Virus record (IMG/VR): IMGVR_UViG_2713896785_000022
Span: 1-23,668 of that record
Source of the DNA: a virus
Lineage: Duplodnaviria; Heunggongvirae; Uroviricota; Caudoviricetes
Strand: one strand, 5' to 3'
Length of the DNA: 23,668 nucleotides
Shown here: piece after piece, positions 10,031 to 19,066 of the stretch
Numbering within the stretch: the stretch's first letter is position 1
How the letters are laid out: every line of letters starts with the position of its first letter
The notes under the pieces: model-generated
What the model saw: the letters and a program-made list of their open reading frames with translations, nothing else
Databases searched by the model: none
Told to the model about the DNA's origin: nothing
Translations under genes and position numbers: made by a program

Positions 10031-10056
10031 AAGGGGCTAGCCCCTTTTCTTTTTTA
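10031..10056 (+). terminator. Rho-independent terminator after the hotspot gene
   Basis: Perfect palindrome AAGGGGCTAGCCCCTT followed by TTCTTTTTT, 10 nt after the stop codon. Confidence 0.7.
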
Positions 10057-10091
10057 TAAAAAATAAATACTAAAACTAAAAAACAATTATA

Positions 10092-11258
10092 TTAACTAAA
10101 AATATTATCTGAATACCATTGCATCATCACCTTTCGCTTTTCAAAATATTGGGCGTGATTATATGTTCCTCTTATAGAGTTTTTATCTACATGAGCAAGT
10201 TGCATTTCAATCCAAGCGGTATTAAAGCCATTTTCATGAAGAATTGTTGATAATGTATGCCTAAACCCATGTCCTGTAAGTTTTCCAGCATAGCCTATTC
10301 GTTTGATAAGTTGATTAACACTTGCCTCACTCATAGGTTTATTTGGATCATTCCGTCCAGGAAAAACATAACGATAATTTCCTGTCATAGATTTGAGTTC
10401 ATTAAGAAAGCCTAGCGCCTGCGTCGATAAGGGGACAAGGTGCGGCCTACGCATTTTCATTCTCTCAGCAGGAATTTCCCAAATAGCGTTATCTAGATCA
10501 AACTCTTGCCATAATGCTGCTCGTAACTCGATAGTTCTAACCCCCGTAACCATTAATAATTTTGTGGCAATCTGAACAAGTCGGCTTCCTGTATAACTAT
10601 CTAAAGCACGCAGAAAATCAGGTATCTCATCTGATTTTAAGAAAGGAAAATGATTTGATTTATGAACTTCAAGGGCACTGGACAGATCTGCCGCAGGATT
10701 AAACTCTGCTCTTCCAGTAGCAATGGCATATCGAAAAACCTCTGAGCAACGTTGCCGCACTTTGCGCATTTTCTCCAATGCACCACGCTTCTCAATTTTA
10801 CGCAGTACATTTAGCAATTCTAGCGGTTTAATTTCCCCTACAGGCCTCGCCCCCACATACGGAAAAATATCATTCTGGAACGCTTCAATAATATCTGAGG
10901 CATACCCAGCAGACCATTTTGCCGATTTCATCTGATGCCACTCTCTGGCAATCTTTTCGAATGCGTTCTCAGATTGAATTCTTAATGCTAGTTTTTGTTC
11001 TTTTCGAACCTCACTAGGATTTTTTCCCTCAGCCACTATTTTTCGTGCCTCATCACGGCGAGAACGAGCTTCAGCAAGTGTGATCGTTGGATAGACACCA
11101 AGCGAGATCATTTTAGGCTTACCTGCATAGCGGTAACGAAATCGCCAACTTTTACTTCCATTTGGCTCTACAAGTAAAGACAACCCTTGCCCATCCCCAA
11201 GTGTATAGGCTTTAGCTTCAGGTTTAGCACGGCGAATCTGCATATCATTTAGGGGCAT
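10092..11258 (-). CDS. int: P4-type tyrosine integrase (388 aa)
   Basis: N-terminal arm-binding domain typical of P4-family integrases (IRRAKPEAKAYTLGDGQGLSLLVEPNGSKSWRFRYRYAGKPKMISLGVYP), C-terminal catalytic region with …GHGFRHT… and …RGTYNH…; convergent with the cargo gene. Confidence 0.9.
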   Translation of the reverse strand: MPLNDMQIRRAKPEAKAYTLGDGQGLSLLVEPNGSKSWRFRYRYAGKPKMISLGVYPTITLAEARSRRDEARKIVAEGKNPSEVRKEQKLALRIQSENAFEKIAREWHQMKSAKWSAGYASDIIEAFQNDIFPYVGARPVGEIKPLELLNVLRKIEKRGALEKMRKVRQRCSEVFRYAIATGRAEFNPAADLSSALEVHKSNHFPFLKSDEIPDFLRALDSYTGSRLVQIATKLLMVTGVRTIELRAALWQEFDLDNAIWEIPAERMKMRRPHLVPLSTQALGFLNELKSMTGNYRYVFPGRNDPNKPMSEASVNQLIKRIGYAGKLTGHGFRHTLSTILHENGFNTAWIEMQLAHVDKNSIRGTYNHAQYFEKRKVMMQWYSDNIFS

Positions 11259-11583
11259 GTGTATAGAATTCCATAATCGAACAGGAACATATACATAATC
11301 CTATACACATTTAGTACTGGATTCCACTGGAAGGTTATGGACTAACATGGACAAAAAGAACAAAAAATCTTTTATAAAACAGTATGATTATGGATTAATA
11401 CGGATGTTTGAAGAAGTGGAGATGGTGCCGATAATAGGAGTAAAACACTCGATTAATCTCGTGTTAATGCCATCACCTACGACCATTACTAATTGATTGA
11501 ATCTTATAGAAAAATCATCATTTTCTATGCGTCACAATCAATTTTCACATTACAAACGCTCCGACACTTTAGCCGGAGATTTT

Positions 11584-12861
11584 ATGAGATACAAGCCTAA
11601 CCAATACTTAATCTGTGATTCTTACGGTAACTACTATTTAAGGATCACGCTGCCTGTGTATATGAAGCCCTTTTTTGAAGGAAAAAGGACGTTTGTCAGA
11701 AGTCTACATACAAGTAATCTTCGTGTGGCACGTAGAAAGCGTGATCAGATTGCAGATGAATACCATTGCTTACGGGAGAGTGTTGCCCCTGTAAACAGCA
11801 CAATAGAAAACACGCTGGAACTGTTACGCAGTAAGGCTAAATACGCCAAAACAGCTACCAGAGTGCAAGATACAGCGTCTTCGTGTCCGTCATTGCTTAA
11901 AATTCTTGAAATCTACCTGACAATTAACAGCACGAAGAAGAAGCCAGCCACTTTAGCTAAGGCAAGAAAAGCGGTAGAGATGTTTCTCTCCTACCGTAAA
12001 AAGCCTGATATTGCATTGCAAGATGTAAGCCGCACCACTGTTACAGGCTGGATTGAACACATGCAAAAAACTCTTTCACAACAATCAATTGCAAATTATA
12101 TCAGCCCAATGGCCCAGCTATGGGAATTAGCTTCATCACGTTACCACGATGCGCCAGAAAGGGCGCTCTCCCCCTGGCGAGGGCATAGGCTTGATGTGGC
12201 ACAAAGTAGAGAGAGCTACGAGGCATTTTCTAACAAAGAGCTATTGCAGGTGTTGCAAGTATTTTCCGGTAATTCAGCAGAAAACAAAGAAATGACGGCT
12301 TTGTGTCTTATCGGTTTATATACAGGTATGCGGATCAATGAGATAGCAAGTCTCACAATAGACGATGTGAAAGAGATCGAAGGTGTGCTGTGTTTTGAAA
12401 TCACACAGGGAAAAACGAAAGCTGCGGCACGTCTTGTGCCTGTGCATAGCCTTATCACTCCATTGGTGTTATCTCTTCGTGAAAAGCCTCACAATGGCTT
12501 TTTGTTCTATCACGCCAGCATTACAGAGCGTGCTGACGGTAAACGCTCTACGTGGCATACACAACGATTTACAAGAGCTAAACGAAAGGCTTTAGGGGAA
12601 AAGGGAACAGAAAGGAAAGTGTTTCATTCTCTGAGACACGGAGTAGCACAGCTTCTTGATCGAAATCAAATTCCAGAGGACCGCATAGCTTTAATGTTGG
12701 GCCATCAGCGCGGCAATACAGAAACATTCCGCACATATAGCAAGAATGCAGCTTCTCCAGTAGAGCTTAAAAAATATATTGAGCTTTTACGCTACCCTGA
12801 AATAGAGAAAGGCTTATCAATCAATAAAAAATCAAATTTAAGGCGTAAAACAACGCTATAG
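11584..12861 (+). CDS. Second tyrosine recombinase/integrase (about 425 aa; ORF could start at 11497)
   Basis: Catalytic signatures …GMRINEIASLT…, …HSLRHGVAQ…, …GHQRGNTETFRTYSK…; ATG at 11584 has a GGAGA RBS. Divergent from the P4-type int with ~325 bp between the two starts. Confidence 0.8.
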   Translation: MRYKPNQYLICDSYGNYYLRITLPVYMKPFFEGKRTFVRSLHTSNLRVARRKRDQIADEYHCLRESVAPVNSTIENTLELLRSKAKYAKTATRVQDTASSCPSLLKILEIYLTINSTKKKPATLAKARKAVEMFLSYRKKPDIALQDVSRTTVTGWIEHMQKTLSQQSIANYISPMAQLWELASSRYHDAPERALSPWRGHRLDVAQSRESYEAFSNKELLQVLQVFSGNSAENKEMTALCLIGLYTGMRINEIASLTIDDVKEIEGVLCFEITQGKTKAAARLVPVHSLITPLVLSLREKPHNGFLFYHASITERADGKRSTWHTQRFTRAKRKALGEKGTERKVFHSLRHGVAQLLDRNQIPEDRIALMLGHQRGNTETFRTYSKNAASPVELKKYIELLRYPEIEKGLSINKKSNLRRKTTL

Positions 12862-12941
12862 ACGTAATAAAGAGGCTTCAATATAGACTGATGCCTCTTT
12901 TATGATTATCTCGTTACAGAGCGTTTCATAGGCGTTTAAGG

Positions 12942-13619
12942 CTATTGTTTAAATACTGGCGTTACAACGTCTTGCCCTGGGCTTTTTTGATTTTTCTGTT
13001 CTGTTGTATTTACCTGCATTTTAACCTGTCCCCCTACAGATTTATTTGGTGCTGTTTTTACCGCAATTGCGCTTGTAGTTGCTTTAGAGACAAGACGGAT
13101 TTGCTCAAAATCAAGAGTAAACAATAGGCTTTCGCTTGCTTCTTCTTCATAAGACATGCCAACTAACACAACGTTGTCATAATTTTTTAACTCAGTGACA
13201 AGTAGGAAAGGTTGGCGACTGTCCATCAACTGATTTAGGTATTCAAGCATAAGCATACGTCGATTGCCGTTAATTCCCGCATTCTTAATCATATCGGGAT
13301 TGAGCTTCAATACGGTTTCAGAGATACGCCCTTGTAATGTGAACTTGTTATTCCGTATTTGAACATGATCACTAACTTCTGATCCTGATTCGACAGCATA
13401 GCTTGTAACGTCTGCATTTCTGCTAATTTTCGTCGATTCCACGCTATCAAATGATAATGCCTGGTAGTCATTGTAAGCAGCATTTGCACCACTGCCGAGG
13501 TTAGAGGCAATGATCGCAAAGCCGTTACCCCCTTTAGTTGTTCTACCGTTGCTATCGTTGCTTGTGCTGTTGATTTTCGCCTCAGTCGGGCGACCAATGG
13601 TTAACGGACCCATTGCCAT
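12942..13619 (-). CDS. Hypothetical protein (225 aa), possibly virion-associated
   Basis: Last gene of the leftward operon containing the capsid genes; AAGGA RBS; no recognisable motif. Confidence 0.55.
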   Translation of the reverse strand: MAMGPLTIGRPTEAKINSTSNDSNGRTTKGGNGFAIIASNLGSGANAAYNDYQALSFDSVESTKISRNADVTSYAVESGSEVSDHVQIRNNKFTLQGRISETVLKLNPDMIKNAGINGNRRMLMLEYLNQLMDSRQPFLLVTELKNYDNVVLVGMSYEEEASESLLFTLDFEQIRLVSKATTSAIAVKTAPNKSVGGQVKMQVNTTEQKNQKSPGQDVVTPVFKQ

Positions 13620-13666
13620 AATTTGTAATCCTTATTTAAGGGGGCTAAACAGCCCCACAGCGATGA

Positions 13667-15508
13667 TTAATAGGTTGACCCGCCTGACATAACACCCAGC
13701 GTTAATAGCTTGCTAAACTCAGCGGAGGATGCCTTTGATTTGAAGTCGATAAATTCGCTCAATCGTCCGGTGTCTGATTCGATAGTTAGCGGCACTTCTG
13801 CATTTACTTGTAATTCTGGATTGAAGTTAATAACAGGTGCAAAGGTGTAAGAAGGAGCCTTGAAAGCTTGTTGTGCTGCACTCTGTTTCAGATTTGCAAT
13901 GTTTTGTCCTTCGAGACTGTATTGATTTACAGCCTGCGCCCCACCTACCGTTTCTTCTGGCATAAACCAGCTTTTAATAGTGTTAACCAGGGAATTGCTG
14001 TTATCTGGCTTAATTGTTCCGGTGCCAGCGCCTTTATATTGATCAGGAGTGAGATTAGAAAGATTCTGCTTCATTCCTTCGTTAGATAGTGGCGGTGCAT
14101 CCCCTAAATTCTTTTGAATAGCTGCCGTCTTCTCGTCGTTTTTCATCAGCCAGTTGATTGCTTTCATTACAGCGTTAACCAATCCGCCGATAGCCTCGCC
14201 TAATTTGGTAAACATTGGCAGCATTGCAACCATGCTCTTTTTAAACTCTTCAATCACTTTCGGATCAAGAGATTTCATAAAGCCATCAACAAAGGCGATC
14301 CCTTGTGAGTCAGAAAGCCCACTAAGTGCATTATTCAGTTCACGGAATTTAATAACGCTTTCCTGTTGTGCCTGCGTTACCCAGCGCCCTGATTCTCGTT
14401 GTTCTCGTGCTGATTGTTCCACTTCTTTAGCGGAGCGTGTCCAGTATTTAGAGGTGAGCATCAAATCATCAGCCAGATCTTCCAGACGACTACCGATTTG
14501 TGCATCTGAATAGCCTTTAGCTACCATTCCCTGAACTGCTTTACTAACCAGACCAGCCGGATTATCAGCAAAGTCTTTTAGATCCTTTTTAGTTAGGAAT
14601 CCTTCATTCATTAAAGTATTGATGCCGCTATCGCCGCCCTTCCATTCTCCTTTACCAGTTTTCTTATCAACTACATATTCAGCCTCATCATAAGATTTAG
14701 TAGCCTTCTCCCGTACATCTTTCATCTGATCGAGATACTTACGTTTACCTTGATCCCCCATCATTGAATCAACGCCGTTTTTATACGCCCATTGCTCAAT
14801 ATTGTTCATCTGGTTAACGTCTACACCGCCCAGCTTCGCACGGCTATACAATTCTCCCAGCGTTTCAGCACTGGCAAAGCTGTTAGTAACAAATTCAGAG
14901 GCTTTGCTCATAGCCATATATGCAGCGCCAGCGCCTAAGCCACCCAGCATAACAGCCGCAGCACCGCCGCCAATACTCCCGCTACCCTTAACAGGTGCAT
15001 AGGCTTTAGCGTAAGCGTTACGATTGCCATTAATCTTACGTTGTTGCTGTTGTAGGCGTTTCATTTGGCTATTCATACGTGCCAGACTAATAGCGCCTCT
15101 TTCATATTGGAGGGCAATTTCTCTAGCCTGTGCAATAGCTTTATATTGTTCCGCTACAGAAAGACGGTGCATTGCACTAATGCTTGATCCAACGTCTAAA
15201 AGCTTTAATTCTGCCTTCTCTTTGCGTGCTGCCAGGGCTTTTTGTTCTCTTGCAACTACACGTTGAGCGGCTAATTGTGCTTTAGCATTAGCTTTATCAG
15301 CCTGTGCTTGCTTTTTAGCAATATCGTCTACGTCTTTTTTTGCTTTAGCGGTTGATTGTTTATGTGTCTTAACACGCAATTCTATATCTTTCACAGCCGC
15401 CATTTGTTTACGAAGTTTTTCTACTTCTGCTTTTGCTTTCTCTAATGATGGTCGATCAACCTGGAAGGTGACAACGTTTGATAAGCGGCTGACGGTAAGG
15501 TCTAACAT
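13667..15508 (-). CDS. 613-aa coiled-coil protein with a Gly/Ala-rich hydrophobic segment (scaffold-, tape-measure- or ejection-protein-like)
   Basis: N-terminal ~170 aa of Lys/Ala/Gln-rich heptad-like sequence, then GSGSIGGGAAAVMLGGLGAGAAYMAMS, then a long mixed region; same operon as the major capsid gene. Confidence 0.65.
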   Translation of the reverse strand: MLDLTVSRLSNVVTFQVDRPSLEKAKAEVEKLRKQMAAVKDIELRVKTHKQSTAKAKKDVDDIAKKQAQADKANAKAQLAAQRVVAREQKALAARKEKAELKLLDVGSSISAMHRLSVAEQYKAIAQAREIALQYERGAISLARMNSQMKRLQQQQRKINGNRNAYAKAYAPVKGSGSIGGGAAAVMLGGLGAGAAYMAMSKASEFVTNSFASAETLGELYSRAKLGGVDVNQMNNIEQWAYKNGVDSMMGDQGKRKYLDQMKDVREKATKSYDEAEYVVDKKTGKGEWKGGDSGINTLMNEGFLTKKDLKDFADNPAGLVSKAVQGMVAKGYSDAQIGSRLEDLADDLMLTSKYWTRSAKEVEQSAREQRESGRWVTQAQQESVIKFRELNNALSGLSDSQGIAFVDGFMKSLDPKVIEEFKKSMVAMLPMFTKLGEAIGGLVNAVMKAINWLMKNDEKTAAIQKNLGDAPPLSNEGMKQNLSNLTPDQYKGAGTGTIKPDNSNSLVNTIKSWFMPEETVGGAQAVNQYSLEGQNIANLKQSAAQQAFKAPSYTFAPVINFNPELQVNAEVPLTIESDTGRLSEFIDFKSKASSAEFSKLLTLGVMSGGSTY

Positions 15509-15542
15509 GCTAATTGTTTCCCTGTATTATGATTGTTGTTTA

Positions 15543-15740
15543 TTATTGTTTTTTAGAACAGTAGTATGTAATTGCTTCAAAAGTGCTGCACCCAGTCTGA
15601 AACACACGCTGCCGCACATTATTTGCATCAATTGAAAGCATTCTGCATAAGGCACTGACATTGATTATTGAGTCATCGCTAATAGCTGCCAGTTCTTTTA
15701 CAGATTTAAGAATTAATGCCTGTGAATTTTCTGTATTCAT
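15543..15740 (-). CDS. Small hypothetical protein (65 aa; ORF could extend to 15818)
   Basis: ATG at 15740 preceded by a GAGAGA-type RBS; lies between the capsid gene and the 613-aa gene. Confidence 0.4.
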   Translation of the reverse strand: MNTENSQALILKSVKELAAISDDSIINVSALCRMLSIDANNVRQRVFQTGCSTFEAITYYCSKKQ

Positions 15741-15894
15741 TGGTTTTCTCTCACATATATATATTTTTATTTGGGTTTGTAGACAGTAGAAAAACAAAAA
15801 GGGCAAGAGACAGCGCATATTTTGCTTATATGATTATCCCTTACCCTTATTGCCCCGATTATTTCCAGACGTAGGGGAACGTCTTTAACACTTT

Positions 15895-16923
15895 TTACGC
15901 TACTGTGATCTGCACAGAGAAGCCAACACCGTGGTTAACCACAAGCGAGCTATTCTCGGTCACTACGTGCACTGCGTCGCCGCGATTCGATTCGAAAGCA
16001 TAGCTGTAATACTCTTTAGCGCCTTGAGACAGCAGATCGAAGGAACTGGAAGGCGCGCCATAGATAGCTTGGTAAACACCTCCACCCTTAGCGAATTTAG
16101 GCACGGCTACAGCGTCAGCGGTCATATGTGCCAGCAGCAGCGGATCAGTCACTTTGATCAGATCAATGTTAGTTCCTGGAATGGTGAAAGTAGTTACGCC
16201 AGGCAGCAGAGAACGCACATTAAACACCACGTTTGCATCGTCTACAGGGCTTGCATATTGGAACGCATTGACCATGCCAACGCTGTAACGAATAGCGTTG
16301 AATGCCGCAGGTTTACAGAACACAACAACACGCTCAATGGTTGCAGCCTGGCTTTGTGCCTTAGCAATCATATCCGTATGCATCTGATCAAATTGCTTGA
16401 ATACGGTCATTGTGTTGGTGCTGGATGCGTCAACGGTTGCAGTCATTGGAGACACACCGAACAGAGTGCTGTAATCGATCAGAACATCGTCAGTTTTCGG
16501 GGTATGTGTCTTGCCAGAGAACAGAGAAGCCGCGAGGATGCTTTCTTTAGTGCGCTGGAATGCAACATTGTGTTTAGCGATATATTCCGCATACAGATCC
16601 GGCAGTGTTTCTTCAATAGAGCTTCCGGCTTTGCGTTTGCCTTGCACGTCCTGCGGTTTGATCAGGTCTTCACGCAGGAAGTAAGGGATTTCAATCAGCC
16701 ATTCTTCCCCGTTCTCACGCTTAGTAACGTTATGCTCAGAGCTAAAACGGCTTGTAGGATGGTTGAACAGAGATTCATTGCTCTCGATAAGCTGGGAAAC
16801 AGCCACTTTGTGACTTTCTACAGGCACAGGATCAGTAAAATCCAGAGTAGACAGTAGGTAATTGCGTGAGTCGTTTAATTCGAACAGTGGAGCAAGATCA
16901 ACCACTTCATTTCCGATAATCAT
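15895..16923 (-). CDS. Major capsid protein, lambda gpE-like (342 aa)
   Basis: Length matches lambda gpE (341 aa); C-terminus …GFSVQITVA resembles the gpE C-terminus as I recall it (…FVSVQLA); directly preceded by a ~118-aa gene in D-then-E order. Confidence 0.65.
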   Translation of the reverse strand: MIIGNEVVDLAPLFELNDSRNYLLSTLDFTDPVPVESHKVAVSQLIESNESLFNHPTSRFSSEHNVTKRENGEEWLIEIPYFLREDLIKPQDVQGKRKAGSSIEETLPDLYAEYIAKHNVAFQRTKESILAASLFSGKTHTPKTDDVLIDYSTLFGVSPMTATVDASSTNTMTVFKQFDQMHTDMIAKAQSQAATIERVVVFCKPAAFNAIRYSVGMVNAFQYASPVDDANVVFNVRSLLPGVTTFTIPGTNIDLIKVTDPLLLAHMTADAVAVPKFAKGGGVYQAIYGAPSSSFDLLSQGAKEYYSYAFESNRGDAVHVVTENSSLVVNHGVGFSVQITVA

Positions 16924-16939
16924 TATTATTTATTCCTTC

Positions 16940-17296
16940 TTAAGATGTGAAAACAGAGTGGAAGCCTTCAAGCTGGAAGCCTTTAGCAGCTTCTTTTACA
17001 GCGCCTTCGGCATTCAGGGCATCAGCTTTGATGCAAACGAGTCCGGCATTAGCACGAAGCACGTTAACTGTTTTATTTGAATCAGCAGTTACGAAGTCAG
17101 ACACAACGACAAGAACATCAGCGCCGCTAACATATTTAGCGCCGGATGAATCAATGAGGTCGCCGCACGTTACATCTTGTGCAAGTGCTGCAAATTTTTT
17201 GCTTTCTACAGCCGCGTAAGGGTCGGTTGCATAGCTCACTACGTCAGTGATGCTTTTACGATGTGGGAAAACATCGCTTAATTTTAAAATAGCCAT
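16940..17296 (-). CDS. Head decoration protein-like (118 aa)
   Basis: Size and position immediately upstream of the major capsid gene, as for lambda gpD; strong AAGGA RBS; the call rests on context, not sequence similarity. Confidence 0.45.
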   Translation of the reverse strand: MAILKLSDVFPHRKSITDVVSYATDPYAAVESKKFAALAQDVTCGDLIDSSGAKYVSGADVLVVVSDFVTADSNKTVNVLRANAGLVCIKADALNAEGAVKEAAKGFQLEGFHSVFTS

Positions 17297-17505
17297 TATT
17301 TTTCCTTAGATTGTTTGATTTGTTGAGCTTTAGCATTAATCAAATCTTGGTGAGATGGTTTATTGCTTTCAGCCTTATAAAGACGTTCACACTGTTTCTT
17401 TAATTCTGTGGGAGTGATGCCAAGCGCGTAGGCTGTAGCATTCAACACATCTTCAGTTAGTGTTAACTTTTCATTGCCATATTTCAGGATAATTTCTTGT
17501 TTCAT
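17296..17505 (-). CDS. Small hypothetical protein (69 aa), first gene of the capsid operon
   Basis: Stop overlaps the start of the decoration-like gene (TAATG), suggesting translational coupling. Confidence 0.5.
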   Translation of the reverse strand: MKQEIILKYGNEKLTLTEDVLNATAYALGITPTELKKQCERLYKAESNKPSHQDLINAKAQQIKQSKEK

Positions 17506-18497
17506 TTATATAACGATTCCATTATGTTGGAATTTAATAAATCCCCCAGGCTATAAGAGGTTCAATCTGACAATAGCGAGGGGGATTTATTAACGTGTCG
17601 GGCAATACACAGCGATAAGTAAAACCTTGAGGAGGTTTTAAACGTATCTCTAAGAATGCTTATTAAACATGCTTAAAGATAGGTTTAAAGGGTGAACAGA
17701 TATTCCTGAAAACATGCTCTTAGGAAAACATGCGGAATCAATCAGGAATATCTATTCGGGGCGCGGTGGCTAACCGCTATCTTTCATGGTGTGGATGCAC
17801 CAGTCAGATTTTAAGGAATCACTGTTCCAATCTACTCACAGATTAAATTTTAATAGGGATTAACTACACCAACAGTAATCTACCGTTTCAGAAAAAGCTT
17901 TTTTACAACCAAAGATTATAGATTTGCAGTCTATAAAACCCGTTTTGCTATCAATATTTCCAAAGGTTATTGCACAATTCTTAGCTAAACTCTCTCTGCT
18001 TGCGGCTAACGCTATGCAGATGATTGTTTTTGACAACAACTTAATAGATTATTCTGTTACTAACTTCTGTCATTAAATAAGAGTTTAATGATGTTAGTAA
18101 ATAGTTATAAAATATAACTATCAGTGTAAGGCTCTTTAATGTTTTCGGACAAAATAAGGAGCTTTAGGATAAGCATAGATGAAAATAAGAGCGGGAAGGG
18201 CAAGGAGATAACACCTACCCGCTTTTATCAAAAATTAAGCACAATGCCTAACAACATTCATCAACACAACGTAGAAACAATCAACAATCAAAGAGGGAGT
18301 TATGATTATTCTAAAACTTCTTGAGGGGATGGAAGGTAATATTTGTTAGAGGTTAATGCCACTCAACCTTTGAGGCTATCACCTTCCATATGCAGGGATT
18401 TATGACAGTAGAAGGATTAACACCAGTCAAAACCTTTTTATCTACCCCTAATATTATTATATAATGAAATCGTTATAAATGCAAATGATTTTCATTA

Positions 18498-18806
18498 TCA
18501 TTTAGAGAAAATAGCACTTTTTGCTAAATCATCTACTAATTGCTGAATCTCTTCACTTGCAGCCTTTAACGTGCTGGCGGTGTCTGTGATGGTTTGAGTG
18601 CACATCTTGGCATCGTCCTCAATTAGCTCTAAATCGCTCACCAGAGAGATAAAATCGTCAAGGCTTACATTCACCTTCATTAAGCTAATAACGCATTGAG
18701 AGAGCGTGTAATCGCATAAATCTGAATAGGCTTGATTTATTCTTGTTTGTAGTGAGATAGTCAGATCTAAAAGTTGTTCCATTGCATTGCTAATATCTTC
18801 TTCCAT
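18498..18806 (-). CDS. Small acidic hypothetical protein (102 aa)
   Basis: ORF in the leftward small-gene cluster; Asp/Glu-rich; start overlaps the stop of the upstream gene. Confidence 0.5.
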   Translation of the reverse strand: MEEDISNAMEQLLDLTISLQTRINQAYSDLCDYTLSQCVISLMKVNVSLDDFISLVSDLELIEDDAKMCTQTITDTASTLKAASEEIQQLVDDLAKSAIFSK

Positions 18807-19009
18807 TATGCGGCTTCTCCTTGTAATGCATCATTAATCATATTCAATACGATGTTAAAAGGTGTCTTGAGCGTCAGCACTTCATCACGGTAACGCTCTA
18901 ATGCTTCGTAGTCTTCTGTTTCTTTTGCCAGCCGAATTAACTCTGCATAGTTTTTTGCATCAGACAGGATCATCTGAAATAATTGTGTTTCTTGAATATA
19001 GCCAATCAT
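18806..19009 (-). CDS. Small hypothetical protein (67 aa; ORF could extend to 19051)
   Basis: ATG at 19009 has an AAGGA RBS; stop overlaps the start of the downstream gene (ATGA). Confidence 0.45.
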   Translation of the reverse strand: MIGYIQETQLFQMILSDAKNYAELIRLAKETEDYEALERYRDEVLTLKTPFNIVLNMINDALQGEAA

Positions 19010-19066
19010 TATTTTTCCTTTTTTGAATATTTTCATTGGGCGCTTATACATACACCCATCATTTTA

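Noticed and set aside
11259-11583. tRNA gene as integration target next to the P4-type integrase
   Set aside because: No tRNA-like sequence is discernible by eye on either strand; the element appears to use a non-tRNA site.
15931-16857. 308-aa plus-strand ORF
   Set aside because: Antisense to the gpE-like capsid gene; the capsid frame has the better start context, translational coupling with neighbours and a recognisable C-terminus.
17750-17830. Possible tRNA (GC-rich patch GGGGCGCGGTGGCTAACCGC in an AT-rich gap)
   Set aside because: No T-arm-like GTTCGAATCC-type motif or acceptor-stem complementarity could be found by eye.
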